DNA from: Octopus bimaculoides
Lineage: Eukaryota
Assembly (NCBI RefSeq): GCF_001194135.2
Contig: NC_068982.1
Coordinates: 102,431,241-102,471,968 of the forward strand
Length of the DNA stretch: 40,728 bases
Reading direction: 5' to 3'
A program made the translations under genes and the position numbers. Positions 11,739 to 24,004 of the stretch are shown in pieces (positions within the stretch are counted from its first letter, which is position 1; every line of letters starts with the position of its first letter). A model generated the notes under the pieces. The model was not told the DNA's origin. It searched no databases and saw only the letters and a list, made by a program, of their open reading frames with translations.

Positions 11739-12022
11739 CACTCAATTTTGGTTGTTTCCCCTGTCAATAAATAGAAAATGTGCTTTCTGTAACTGAAGAA
11801 TTCTTTGACTCTTATTTCTAGCAAAGCTGGTGCTCCGTGCCCCCTTCGTCACTGATTAGCGACAATGAATTATTTTATTTGTGCTTTTGAATTGCATCTA
11901 GTCACTTTAATTATATTATAATTTTCACATTATCATTTGGCGGAATCAGTCACTGATTCCTATGACAAAATTTATATATATTGACAGGATAGCATTTAAC
12001 TTCACAACCCACGATGGAGTAT

Positions 12023-12074
12023 GCATTACTGATCAGCATTAAATTTCATACGAAATAGGCAATCAATCTAATGC
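12023..12074 (+). ncRNA. type I hammerhead ribozyme-like motif, family A, degenerate
   Basis: GCATTA CTGATCA GCAT-taaatttc-ATAC GAAA TAGGCAATCAA T C TAATGC; perfect 6-bp stem I, G8C, weak stem III. Confidence 0.55.
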
Positions 12075-12223
12075 CACTCAATTGTGGTGGGGAGATTGTA
12101 CGTCCTGTCAGTAATTAGAAAATGTGCTTTCTGTGGCTAAAGAGTTGTTTGACTCTTATTTCTTGCAATGCTGGGAATCCCTGCACCTTTCCTCACTATT
12201 TAGTGAAGGTGATTTATATATAT

Positions 12224-12254
<31 letters not shown>

Positions 12255-12859
12255 TATAAATATGTGTGTGCATTCGCGCACACACATATCTATCTATCTA
12301 TCTATCTATCATACATACATACATACATGTACATTAGACATCAATGTCTTATGAATAATGTGTATCTGCCGTTGACAGCGAGGGCATACGCCTTATAGTT
12401 TTGCTGTGCTAAAAGACAATATACATCAGAAGAAAACACTAAGGCTAACCTGAGCATCGGCTGGATTTTGGCCTTCTTGGCCCTTTTAAACGACATACTT
12501 TCAGACAAATACCTACACAAATTCTGACGCCTCCGATGACATATTCAGACATTTCGATTAGTCGCCGGGATAAATAAAAATCTGGGTCGTATGTACAGTA
12601 AGTGTATACATTAAGAACGATGACACATTCGTGCTGTTTTTAGTTTAATGCTATTTCAATTGTTTTCTCCGGTCCAGCGGCTATTTCATATATCAGTGAA
12701 TGTAATCACTGTTTTGTCTATCAGAAGTGATGAAGTGATAGACTTCGTCTAAGCATGTGGCTGCGAGCACACGTCATTGGCAAGGCCTAGAAACATCGAA
12801 ATTCACGAACAAACATAGACACACAGACACACGCACACGCACATACATATATATATGAA

Positions 12860-12929
12860 GACTAAAAGAAATATGACAATGGGGACACAACAATTAGAGC
12901 ACCATCATCTTCTCTTTGATTCCTCTATG
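12860..12929 (+). repeat. left arm of a perfect 70-bp inverted repeat (partner 14957-15026)
   Basis: GACTAAAAGAAATATGACAATGGGGACACAACAATTAGAGCACCATCATCTTCTCTTTGATTCCTCTATG is the exact reverse complement of 14957-15026. Confidence 0.95.
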
Positions 12930-13088
12930 TATTTATATATATATATATATATACAAGAATAAGGGCAGAGAATCGTCAATTAATAATAGAATTAATAATT
13001 AACAATTCTGCCAAGTAGTTCAGTATGAAAAAAACCTTTATCGGTAAAACTATTTAACATTTTAAATATACAGGGATTAGCAATTGAG

Positions 13089-13260
13089 TTGCTTCTCCAA
13101 CATACTGAAAATTTAGAAATAGCAGTCAAAGAACTACTGATTCCAAACTACAAATTTTTCTCTAAAGTGGATGGCGATATTTATGGCACACATAGAAGAA
13201 AAAACCGGAGGGAAAAGCGTAAACAAACCAAGCCTTTAGTTAATTGGATACGAATCGTTT
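13089..13260 (+). mobile_element. possible degenerate Penelope-like RT fragment
   Basis: Frame from 13171 reads MAIFMAHIEEK..KSVNKPSL*, resembling the PLE RT segment preceding YIDD; the upstream frame has ELLIPNYKF. YIDD itself is not seen. Confidence 0.25.
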
Positions 13261-14144
13261 CATNNNNNNNNNNNNNNNNNNNNNNNNNNNNNNNNNNNNN
13301 NNNNNNNNNNNNNNNNNNNNNNNNNNNNNNNNNNNNNNNNNNNNNNNNNNNNNNNNNNNNNNNNNNNNNNNNNNNNNNNNNNNNNNNNNNNNNNNNNNNN
13401 NNNNNNNNNNNNNNNNNNNNNNNNNNNNNNNNNNNNNNNNNNNNNNNNNNNNNNNNNNNNNNNNNNNNNNNNNNNNNNNNNNNNNNNNNNNNNNNNNNNN
13501 NNNNNNNNNNNNNNNNNNNNNNNNNNNNNNNNNNNNNNNNNNNNNNNNNNNNNNNNNNNNNNNNNNNNNNNNNNNNNNNNNNNNNNNNNNNNNNNNNNNN
13601 NNNNNNNNNNNNNNNNNNNNNNNNNNNNNNNNNNNNNNNNNNNNNNNNNNNNNNNNNNNNNNNNNNNNNNNNNNNNNNNNNNNNNNNNNNNNNNNNNNNN
13701 NNNNNNNNNNNNNNNNNNNNNNNNNNNNNNNNNNNNNNNNNNNNNNNNNNNNNNNNNNNNNNNNNNNNNNNNNNNNNNNNNNNNNNNNNNNNNNNNNNNN
13801 NNNNNNNNNNNNNNNNNNNNNNNNNNNNNNNNNNNNNNNNNNNNNNNNNNNNNNNNNNNNNNNNNNNNNNNNNNNNNNNNNNNNNNNNNNNNNNNNNNNN
13901 NNNNNNNNNNNNNNNNNNNNNNNNNNNNNNNNNNNNNNNNNNNNNNNNNNNNNNNNNNNNNNNNNNNNNNNNNNNNNNNNNNNNNNNNNNNNNNNNNNNN
14001 NNNNNNNNNNNNNNNNNNNNNNNNNNNNNNNNNNNNNNNNNNNNNNNNNNNNNNNNNNNNNNNNNNNNNNNNNNNNNNNNNNNNNNNNNNNNNNNTATAT
14101 ATACATACATATATATATACATACATAAATGTATACACACACAC

Positions 14145-14177
<33 letters not shown>

Positions 14178-14209
14178 TATATATACATGTTTGTGTGTGT
14201 GTGTGTGTG

Positions 14210-14253
<44 letters not shown>

Positions 14254-14956
14254 CATATACATGTAGTCTACAACGATACTAATATATTTCTTTCATTTTA
14301 TTTTGATATAAACTTCTAGATAAATATCTCACAACCAATCACAATATATATCTAAATTGGCATGGAGGTCTTCAGAAATATGTTCTTCAATTGCGTTACC
14401 AGCAGTATATTGAAGCTTATAAATGTGTATGCATTGAATGTTCCAATTGATATGAGACTCCAAAAGTTGAAAATATACCACAACGATACCGGATGAAAAT
14501 TTCAGCTGAGATTTTGGTATTGATCGCAGCATAACCGTAACACATACAGATCAAATAAGGTTGAAGCAAGAACATTCTGTTTAACGTCTGTTCCAGCACA
14601 GAAAGCTGGAAAATGGATCCAGTAGGTTATCTGTCTTATCATACTTAATGAATAAAGAAATTTGTAATCAGTTTAAGCACAACGCCATAGAAAATGAAGT
14701 GTTATCCCATCACCATCGTTAAGTAAGACATGTTCAAAACTTGTTGAAACGTGAACGACTAAAGATCCGTATGGACAGAAAATTTCAAGAAGGAACACAT
14801 CGAATATGAACTCTGAGTCGGCAACACAAGGAGAAAATGAAGTAAACACTAAAAAATGTAAATATTGACATTACATCGCGGACTACTGGTGCATTTTTTT
14901 GTCTGTTCTGAGCAAAAAGATTCCAAAGTTGAACGCAAAAGATTTGAAAGTAAATT

Positions 14957-15026
14957 CATAGAGGAATCAAAGAGAAGATGATGGTGCTCTAATTGTTGTG
15001 TCCCCATTGTCATATTTCTTTTAGTC
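14957..15026 (-). repeat. right arm of the perfect 70-bp inverted repeat
   Basis: Exact reverse complement of 12860-12929. Confidence 0.95.
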
Positions 15027-15510
15027 ATCAAATAAGCTTACGAAGCCATTTTAGTACACACAGATTCAATAGAATTAAATTCCCAACGTAGAGAGATTCC
15101 ATCGCTGACGACGACGATAGACAGCTAGACTGACAGACAGATATATATATGGATGTGTGTGTACATCTGTATATGTGTGTATATAAATAAATATCTGCAG
15201 TGACAAACATTGTAATCTGGGTTACCAGGCTACAAGCGGGATCTTAACTAGCACACAATTGTGACTAACTAACAGACATGAAAGTTTATATATCCGTGTA
15301 TTGATGCTTGTATGTTCATGGATGTATACTTGTATAAGGATACATGTTTATGTGTGAATGTAAATATGTATGTGCTTTCACGCAACTGTGTGTGTGGATA
15401 GTTTATAGATGTATATAAACATACAATTCTGGAGGCGTGCGGCATATATTTGTATAGCTGCACGTATCTGCATGATATATTGTGTCTGTAAATTTAGTTG
15501 GATGCATGCA

Positions 15511-15555
<45 letters not shown>

Positions 15556-15686
15556 CTGTGTGCGTGTGTGTATGCGCATGTGTGTGTCTGTGTGTGTGCG
15601 ACTCTGCGTGTAAGTTTGCTATTGCGTATGAATGTAAGTATAATCTATGAAGAGATGTATATCGATAAATGCGTTTAAGTACTCTA

Positions 15687-15740
<54 letters not shown>

Positions 15741-15792
15741 NNNNNNNNNNNNNNNNNNNNNNNNNNNNNNNNNNNNNNTGTGTGTGAGTGTT

Positions 15793-15832
<40 letters not shown>

Positions 15833-16146
15833 TGTGGTCGCATTTCTGTGTTTATATATGTATATCGGCACAAACACACATACATACACACACACGTACA
15901 CGCGCACACACACATACACACACACGCGCATACACACATGCACACACGCAGAGATTAATATACACATACAGGCACATATACATTAAATCTGTGTTGTTAC
16001 ATACACTTAACAATAGGTGTGTTAATAGCCTTAGGACTCACAACGCCGGAATTTCCCCCAGTATCTACGGTGTATAAATGACTAACATTTCGTGACCACC
16101 ACTCCCTGAAAGGAACGTCAAGTTAAAATCGCCAGCAATTACCGGA

Positions 16147-16283
16147 ACTCAAAGCTGAGTGGATTGGGGCAATGTGAAATGAAGTGTTTTCTTCAAGACC
16201 ACAATGAGTCGCCCGCTCCGGGAATCGATACAACAGTCTTATGATCGTGAGTGCCATACCCGAAACACTCGGCCACGCGCTTT
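16147..16283 (-). mobile_element. SINE family 2 head fragment
   Basis: GTGAAATGAAGTGTTTTCTTCAAGACCAC..CCGGGAATCGA..GATCGTGAG..GGCCACGCGC. Confidence 0.8.
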
Positions 16284-16342
16284 GACTATTGTTATGTAAT
16301 TATACATAAAAGCATTGCACAATTAATAAAACATATATTTAG

Positions 16343-16791
16343 AGGCGGCTGTGTGGTAAGTAGCTTGCTTACCAACCACATGGTTCTGGGTTCAGTCCAA
16401 CTCGTGGCTTCTTGGGCAAGTGTCTTCTACTATAGCCTCGGGCCGACCAAAGCCTTGTGGGTGGATTTGGTAGACGGAAACTCCGTCGTATATATATATA
16501 TATATATATATATATNNNNNNNNNNNNNNNNNNNNNNNNNNNNNNNNNNNNNNNNNNNNNNNNNTGTGTGTGTGTGTGTGTGTGTGTGTTTGTGTGTCTG
16601 TGTTTGTCCCCCCAACATCGCTTGACAACCGATGCTGGTGTGTTTATGTCCCCGTAACTTAGTGGTTCGGCAAAAGAGACCGATAGAATAAGTACTAGGC
16701 TTCCAAAGAATAAGTCCTGAGGTCTATTTGCTCGACTAAAGGCGGTGCTCCAGCATGGCCGCAGTCAAATAACTGAAACAAGTAAAAGAGT
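16343..16791 (+). mobile_element. SINE family 1, full length (tRNA head, TTGGGCAAGTG block, internal (TA/TG)n, 3' AAAAGAGT tail)
   Basis: A-box-like GGCTGTGTGGTAAG, B-box-like GGGTTCAGTCC, body shared with six or more other copies in the window. Confidence 0.95.
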
Positions 16792-17886
16792 TTGTAGTTG
16801 CCTTTTATACTGAAAGTATATACTAGTGAGATATTGGCGCTCGAATCACAGAAAAAGCTTCTTTCAGACATCAGATTTTACATCCAAGAAACGATTCAAG
16901 CAGTTCTAATTTCATTATATTGGTAGATTAATTTTTATATATACTTCTATGTATGTGTATGTGTGTGTACGTATGTTTGTATGTGCATATACATTTAACA
17001 CGTTCGTATACGCTGAAGCGTGGAACGCCTTTTGCTGCTGTAGTAATTGTCACAGCAAAGAATATAAAAACACAGCAAGCAGCAAAGGTTTCAGGGGTGC
17101 CATCAGATAGCAAGACACGTGTTTCTGTGTGGTTGCATATTATTTGAAATTTGGAGCTTCAAAAGCTGCAAGACCTAGTTTCATGTTACCGTTCGTCACC
17201 TACATGAGTGTCTCTAACTGGGTTTGTGAAAGTGTTATAGGTAGTTAATTGCTCTTACATACTAGATAGGAATTTTCATACATTTTACTTTGAGCAACAA
17301 GAAAATTATGACGTTCATGTCTTTCTGAAAACGAGTATTGAAACTTAACACTGTACGCTCAACTATGGACATACTCTACCACTGTAAGGCCTAACAAAAT
17401 AATGTTTCATACGGTTTTTGTCAGACACAATTAATGTCAGATATAAGGAAAATGGACGTAATAAATAAGCACAAATTTACTACGTCATTTGATAACACGT
17501 TGGGCAATTTGAAATGAAAATAAATTTCACACGAATATCTCAAAGTACGTCTGTGAGTGATGCCTCATCCTCAAACACAAACGTACACAAATGCAACTAG
17601 AATATGCATACATTCAGCTAAGTGCATATATATGTACACTTATACACACACACGCACACACATACACACACGTATATGTATATATATATAAATATACATA
17701 TATACATGTGAAAATAAATATATTATGTATATATATTTATGTATAAATACATACACACACACTAATATATACACATACATATATGAGTGCTTGTGTGTGT
17801 ATGCATACATGCATACATACATACATACATACATACATACATACATACATACATACATACATACATGCACACATACATACATATAC

Positions 17887-18020
17887 TCAAGTAATTATTT
17901 TGAAAGTAAATAAAACAAATTACCATTGCCAGACATACAAACCCATTCACACATAGATTCAGCTTAGTATATTTCTTTAGACTACTTACATACACACAAG
18001 CACGCACATANNNNNNNNNN

Positions 18021-18070
<50 letters not shown>

Positions 18071-18241
18071 TGTGTGTGTGCGTTATAAAAGACAGTGTGG
18101 GTGAAATGAGGGGGATATATATATGTATATATGTAAGTAATTTAGGTTTAAACCAATGTATAAAACTGAATCATTCAATGAATATGTTTGTCTGTCTGGT
18201 GATGGAATTTTGTTTTATTTACTATCAAAGAAATTACTTGA
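17887..18241. repeat. fold-back element: ~105-bp inverted arms (17887-17992, 18130-18241) around microsatellite and gap
   Basis: TCAAGTAATTATTTTGAAAGTAAATAAAACAAATTACCATTGCCAGACA pairs with TGTCTGGTGATGGAATTTTGTTTTATTTACTATCAAAGAAATTACTTGA; roughly 80% by eye. Confidence 0.85.
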
Positions 18242-20436
18242 AAATATGACAGTTTACACCTTGCGTGTTTCTCTCGATAAACTTTATACTATTTAGTCAT
18301 GTACTATTAGTCAAAGTCATGTAATTTCTCTGTTTCGTTCTCTTGACAGATGTCGTTAACATTCTCTACTTTGTTGACAGGTCTAAATTATAGAAAAGAT
18401 AGTCTGTTTTACTTTTAGTTTGTTTTCGTTTTTTATTATAACTCTTTTTATCATAATATATGTATTTTTGGTGTACAAAACAAGGCGTTGAACGAACAGT
18501 TTTTTCTCGATTTGACTGTTTTGTTGTTTGTGGTTATATTTCTTTTTGCAAAATTCTCTAATTACTAATAAACAGATTGCAACAATATTTTTTACTTAAT
18601 TTTTTTTTGTCTCAAGTTTTTAGCTGTTGTAATTTGCCTCATGTCAACCCAGGTGAAGCATTCATGAGGTAATCTTGTGTGTGATTTAAGCCAGTCTGGC
18701 CGCCAACGGCCCATTATTTTAGGGGTATGTCTTTGGTTACATTGCCCGACATTTCATTTTCTTATTTTAGATGAGTGGATGTGAATTGATAGATATTTTG
18801 TGTCTGTTTCTAACAGATCGAGCTACAACGTAAATGGTCAATCACTGGCTCGTTGACAATTTACTTAGTTGTTTTAGAAATAAAATCGATAAAACGCCGA
18901 AAAATAATTAGTTACTACCAGACTTATAGGGTATTTCGATTCAACCATCGGTCACTTTCATACAAACGTGCCTTTGTCAATCGAAGAAAGAAAACTGCTA
19001 ATCTGTATCCCACATCATCTGAAAACTCGGATAACGCGGATCGAAACGTACGCCAATATCATGGATCAACGTCGACAAAGCCGGTCCATACTCCAACGCC
19101 TTATTAAACTGTAGGCTACGATGAGTTTAACAGTTCCAGAAATGAAAATATCGAGCTTAAACAGAGGTCGGAAATATAACGAAGTTGCAGTCCTCGGAGA
19201 CAATTCCCGAAATTCATGGTCTTCTGATGAGATAAGTATTTTGACTCGTAACTACTCCAGAATGACCGCAAGGCAAGATAGATGCTTACAGTGGTGGGTT
19301 TTGCTTGCAACATATCTGATCACCTGACCTGTCTTGACTAATGAGAGATGATCTACTCGGTGCCTACCATCATTATGCATTATTCACGATCTATTGCCTA
19401 AGCAAGCTTGCGTATACGACTAAACGAGTGTCAATTTCGAAGTTGCAATGGAGACATTCATTAGCTGATTCGCAAGCACTATAATCTCTATTACATCTAT
19501 TGCGCATTTTTTTCTTTCCTATGAAAACAAAGCAGCATATATGTATATATGTGTTCGCTTCTGTTTTCAACTATTTGAAATCTTCCTCCGAGGAAGAGTT
19601 TGTTTCTAACAAAGAAACAAAACTCATCACTGTAATCTAGATAACTAAGACAAATTCACATTTGGAACTTCAGAAAAAGTCGTACATATTTTTATTGTTC
19701 CACTTACAGATTGTATTTGTGTTGTGCGAATTGTTTGTTTTCTTTTGTTGAAAACCCTAGTCTATCCATTTTTTAACTCACGAAACCAGCTGCACCATAT
19801 AATGTTGATATAAGTGTGAATCAATAATCTATGACGGTATGCACTTTTTCTTTTCTGTCCCAAACAACAATATCTGTTGTGTTATGTTTGTACTTTTTAC
19901 ATATGTATCTGTGTATATCTATATATGTTTCTGCTTCAATAAAAATCATCAGCACAGCATTATGCTACCTTGACTCCAGTCAGACAAAATACTTAGAAAT
20001 ATACAAAAAAAGTAAGGAATATTTTTTACCTTCGCTGTGTATTCTAGTTTTTCTTACTCAGCTGATATTTCTATACAAATAATAATCCCCAATAATATTT
20101 GTGTACTTGTCAGCTGAAATTGTAATAACCACATTTATGCATGGTTAGTATATACATATACACACACGTGAGGAAGCATGCCAGCATTATTTACATACAC
20201 CAACATATATACTCACATTACGTGTGTGCGCATGTATGTTTGTCTGTAAGTTTGTAGATATATGTGCGTGTGTGTGTGCGTTTGTGCGTGTGTGTGTGTA
20301 CGTTTGTATGTATGTGTATATATATATATATATATGTATGTATGCATATTTATGTACATGTATATATGCATAAATTCATAAGTGTGTACATATATATATA
20401 TATGCATGTGCATATTTTTTAGTTCGTATATTTCTT

Positions 20437-20470
<34 letters not shown>

Positions 20471-20943
20471 CGAATTGTGTGTGTATACGTGTAAGTGGCA
20501 GAGAAGACAGGGAATGGGAAATTGAAAAATAAGGAGTGTCTGTGAGCGTATGCATTCTTCCAATACAAAGAAAACAAAAACCAAACTGATAAAAGGAATC
20601 TTTCCTTTGAACAGCATGTGTTATACAAGGTACATCTACAAGCACACATCATAGCGAAACAGAAAAGACATATTTCGACACGTGTTTCAGTTTATTCGGA
20701 TTGATGCAAACTTCAGCGTCGAACAAATATTTCCATTGGTAAAGTAAATGCCAAACATTACTTTGTAGAATATACCAGGTGTCTTCAAAGATTTTCCCGA
20801 AGTCTCTCAAATGGTTATGATTCATATCAACAATATAATTAAAACACCGAAGAAATCTAGTATCGCAAATACTACGTAGGGCCAGATGCTCTTTCTTGAG
20901 AACTGGGAGCTGATTAATTAGTTAATTTTAAATGATGTGATAT

Positions 20944-20977
<34 letters not shown>

Positions 20978-21229
20978 ATCACAGAATATACGTTGAGATA
21001 TGTGAATGTATTTCATTTCTAATTTTATTGTTTATTGGTCTCTGTCCCTGAAGTGTGGTTACAGTATATGACTATTTTCAAAAGTTTTAGTCGATTTGAT
21101 TATATCTACTATAGTACTTCTTTTGATATTTTTATGCTCTATTTGTCGGACCGTTAAGTTAAAGTTTTAAGTAAAGATCGTTTTCGTGTCATATACGACG
21201 GTTTTTTTTTTACGTATATATTCCCCCAA

Positions 21230-21310
21230 CCCAGTGGACGGGACACCGATCCGCCGCAGGATTACTCATTTTTGGCAACTGAATCGACTGGAGCAACATG
21301 AAATGAAGTT
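21230..21310 (-). mobile_element. SINE family 2-related fragment
   Basis: GGATTACTCATTTTTGGCAACTGAATCGACTGGAGCAACATGAAATGAAG. Confidence 0.65.
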
Positions 21311-21474
21311 TTAAATGGGTGCATATAAATAGCAGCATAATTTAATGACTTACACAGAAACACTAAGACAGACATACATTCAAACACACCCGCAAATATG
21401 TTACGCCACACATACGGTACAACTTGAATTGCGTAAGACCCCTTTCACCAGCTGTTGATTTGAGGTCCAGCGTT

Positions 21475-21559
21475 TTTAGCACCTCTCGATTGCGTTACTT
21501 CGTTAAGCAGCGACTGGGAGTATTTAGCACCTCTCGACTGCGTTACTTCATTAGGCAGC
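21475..21559 (+). repeat. two 37-bp direct repeats, 48-bp period
   Basis: TTTAGCACCTCTCGA(T/C)TGCGTTACTTC(G/A)TTA(A/G)GCAGC twice. Confidence 0.9.
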
Positions 21560-22027
21560 TACCAGAGAATATCCGGGTTCTTTTAGCCCACTCTGCAAAA
21601 CACGCTTATCTTTCGTCATCTTTGCAGCTCCTACACCAAACCGGATGCAGCATTAACCTGCCTAATTGTGTAACAACTATTTTGTTTTACTACAAGCAGA
21701 GGATTGGTTCATTGTTTTCGTGTTTTCGGTTTTGTATTCTCTCCCTCCTCGCCGCCTCTCTCTCACTCCCTCTTTTTCTCTCTCTCCCTCTCCCTGCTCC
21801 CCTCTCTCTCTCTTGGATTTGGTTATATTGAACCAGAAGTGTTGCCGAAAATGAAAAAAGTTGGCTGAACAGCTAGTAAACTCTTCTCAGAGAAAAATAG
21901 TGATATGCAACTGGAAGTGTCAATAAGCAGCAGGATGAAAGTTACAACACATAATGGAAATAAAGAAGATTCATTACGACAGACATCGATAAAAAATACA
22001 ATAATAACAATTATCAGACAATAATAT

Positions 22028-22074
22028 ATGAAGATATATTTTCCAATCGCTCTCTCTTTCATCTTCGCCATGAA
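22028..22074 (+). CDS. candidate first coding exon with signal-peptide-like start (MKIYFPIALSFIFAM)
   Basis: ATG 22028, basic residue plus hydrophobic stretch, followed by overlapping donors GTATGT/GTAAGA; CT-rich tract upstream (21740-21813). No downstream exon found. Confidence 0.22.
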
Positions 22075-22106
22075 GTATGTAAGATATTGTTAATAGCCAT
22101 CAACAC

Positions 22107-22151
<45 letters not shown>

Positions 22152-22459
22152 CGCGCGCGCGTGCGCGCGTACGTGCGTGTGTGTTTGTAAATTACACTAT
22201 TTCATTTTCGTGGCCTTCCGAAGGTCAGAGGCCCAAACCCATCTACCAGACAAAAGAATTTAATAAGAATCCGAAACTAACATTTATTATCCTCACCAAA
22301 GCATAACCTAGAGAGACACATCAACGTTCGAACTACTACTGTCTACTGTTTCTGTCCGTATAACATCGTCAGAGCACGAACCAGTTTACATCAGCAGCTT
22401 TTACATTTTCCTAGCTGCCCCCTACATCTTCTCCTACTTAAAGTTTTATACTGAAAACT

Positions 22460-22556
22460 CGAGACAATGGTGAAAATCATTTCACAAAAACACTGCACAG
22501 TGGGATCGAAAGCGGAACCACATGACTGAGAAATAAACATGATAACCACACAGCTA
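22460..22556 (-). mobile_element. degenerate SINE family 1 head
   Basis: GCACAGTGGGATCGAAAGCGGAACCACATG..AACCACACAGC. Confidence 0.6.
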
Positions 22557-22683
22557 GTTATACACCAGTGTGAAATCAGCTGTTTCATTGACAGCTAACT
22601 CTACAAGTAGAACAAATTGATTTATCAGGTCTTCATAACCAACTGGAAGTGGAGCTGAGGAGGGTTTCTTCATGTGGTCATTT

Positions 22684-22725
22684 GACCTGCTAAAAATAGC
22701 AGCTAAATCTGCCTTAAATTACACC
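22684..22725 (+). repeat. dispersed motif GA(C/T)CTG(C/T)TAGAAATAGCAGCCAAATCT; degenerate minus-strand copies near 18779-18820, 31472-31501 and 34156-34188
   Basis: Four partial matches seen by eye; probably part of an old interspersed repeat. Confidence 0.5.
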
Positions 22726-23285
22726 ATGACAATTAAATACACTAAATAATGTATTATTAGCTATACCGTAGTAGAAATATGATGGCTGGTCATGGAGGAA
22801 AGACTTTCTTAGGGATGACTAGGGTTAAGCAGTAACTATTCAGAGAATAACAAATATCCGTGTTAAAATAGTAATTTTGGTTGCATTGCTTAAGGCATAT
22901 GATGGCTTCGACCTGATTTGATCTCCTCAGTCACGAGTAATCGGGACATTCTTAGCCACGACAAACATGTTTGTTCCAATAGAGAAATCGGTTAACAAAG
23001 TATCTATTGATTTGCGCGAAATGTAATCACGCTACAACTAAATTAATTTATGCACTGAGAACAATCTTAGATTAAAATAATGGTGTCGATAACATGAAAT
23101 TATGTCCAGGAATGGAAACCAGACTTATAATTTCCTGAAAAACTTCAAACGCTGGAGTATTCGGCACTCTATCAATTTTAAATGCTAGTTTCTTTTCGCT
23201 AGACACACACACACACATAAGTGTCTACATCGAAAAAAATAAAGTATGTTGTGATACCTAAGTTTTCTCAAAGAAGCGAAATGGG

Positions 23286-24004
23286 GCTGCTGGGGCATTG
23301 CATTGAAGGGATTTAGTCGAATAGATTGACCCCAGTATTATTTGTTAAGTGATGTACTTATCCTATTGGTCACTTTTACGAACTTTTAAGTTACGGGGAT
23401 GTAAGCATATCAACACCTATTGTCCAAACATTGGTCAAACACTGACACAAAGACATATATACATACATACATACATGCATGCATGCATACATACATCCAT
23501 ACATGCTTGCATGCATGCATACATACATACATACATACATACGTACGTGCATACATACATACATACATACATACATACATTCGTTGCTATTATGCAAAAG
23601 TGTCGTAAGTCCAAAACGTTGGGGTTTAAAAAAAAAAAAAACGAAAAAAATTTCACCGTTCAAAGCAAAGCAAAGTAGTTGTACTATACTTTAACAATTT
23701 TTGATATCTTGGCATCTGAAGCAGCTAGAGATACGATTGTTTGACGAAAAGAACCAGCTATTGCATGCAAAAATAAATATTGAAAATAAAAAAACACACT
23801 TGGCCAAATTTGGACATACGACAGTTTAACATAATAGTAACGATATAAATGTATGTGACGAGCTTCCACCCAATTTCCAAATTCGCTAACATAGGTTTGG
23901 TCGACTTGCAGCTATAGTAAAAGATACTTATCCAAGGTGATACTCTATGGGACTGAACCTGAAGCTACATGGTTGCAAAGAGAGCTTTTTAACCACAGAG
24001 CCAT
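23286..24004 (-). mobile_element. old SINE family 1 split at its central microsatellite (tail 23286-23460, head 23881-24004)
   Basis: Tail TTTAGTCGAATAGATTGACCCCAGTA..AAGTTACGGGGATGTAA; head GCTATAGTAAAAGATACTTATCCAAGG..GGGACTGAACC..TTTAACCACAGAGCC. Confidence 0.7.

Larger units (their letters stand above)
11378..12215. repeat. three copies of a ~230-270 bp unit: 11378-11648 (-), 11645-11877 (+), 11942-12215 (+)
   Basis: Shared blocks GGGGTAGAATTTAA, GCATTA(C/T)TGAT(C/G)AGCATTAAATT and AAAATGTGCTTTCTGT..TTTGACTCTTATTTCT; copies 1 and 2 are head-to-head, copies 2 and 3 direct with a 337-bp period. Confidence 0.92.

Noticed and set aside
12505-12596. Possible exon between tttcag and a strong GTAAGT donor
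   Set aside because: Stops in all three frames; at best non-coding, and unsupported
19010-19065. CTGAAAA..CGGATC GAAA CGTACG hammerhead-like text
   Set aside because: Core lacks G8, no U at 16.1, and stem I does not pair
19213-19270. GGTCTT CTGATGA GA..TC GTAA motif
   Set aside because: GAAA is mutated, stem II is only 2 bp and stem III does not form; compatible with chance
20771-20800. TA|CCAGGTGTCTTCAAA mariner-like TIR start
   Set aside because: No matching second TIR or transposase found
21475-21559. CRISPR-like repeat-spacer
   Set aside because: Only two repeats, an 11-bp spacer, eukaryotic context, no cas genes
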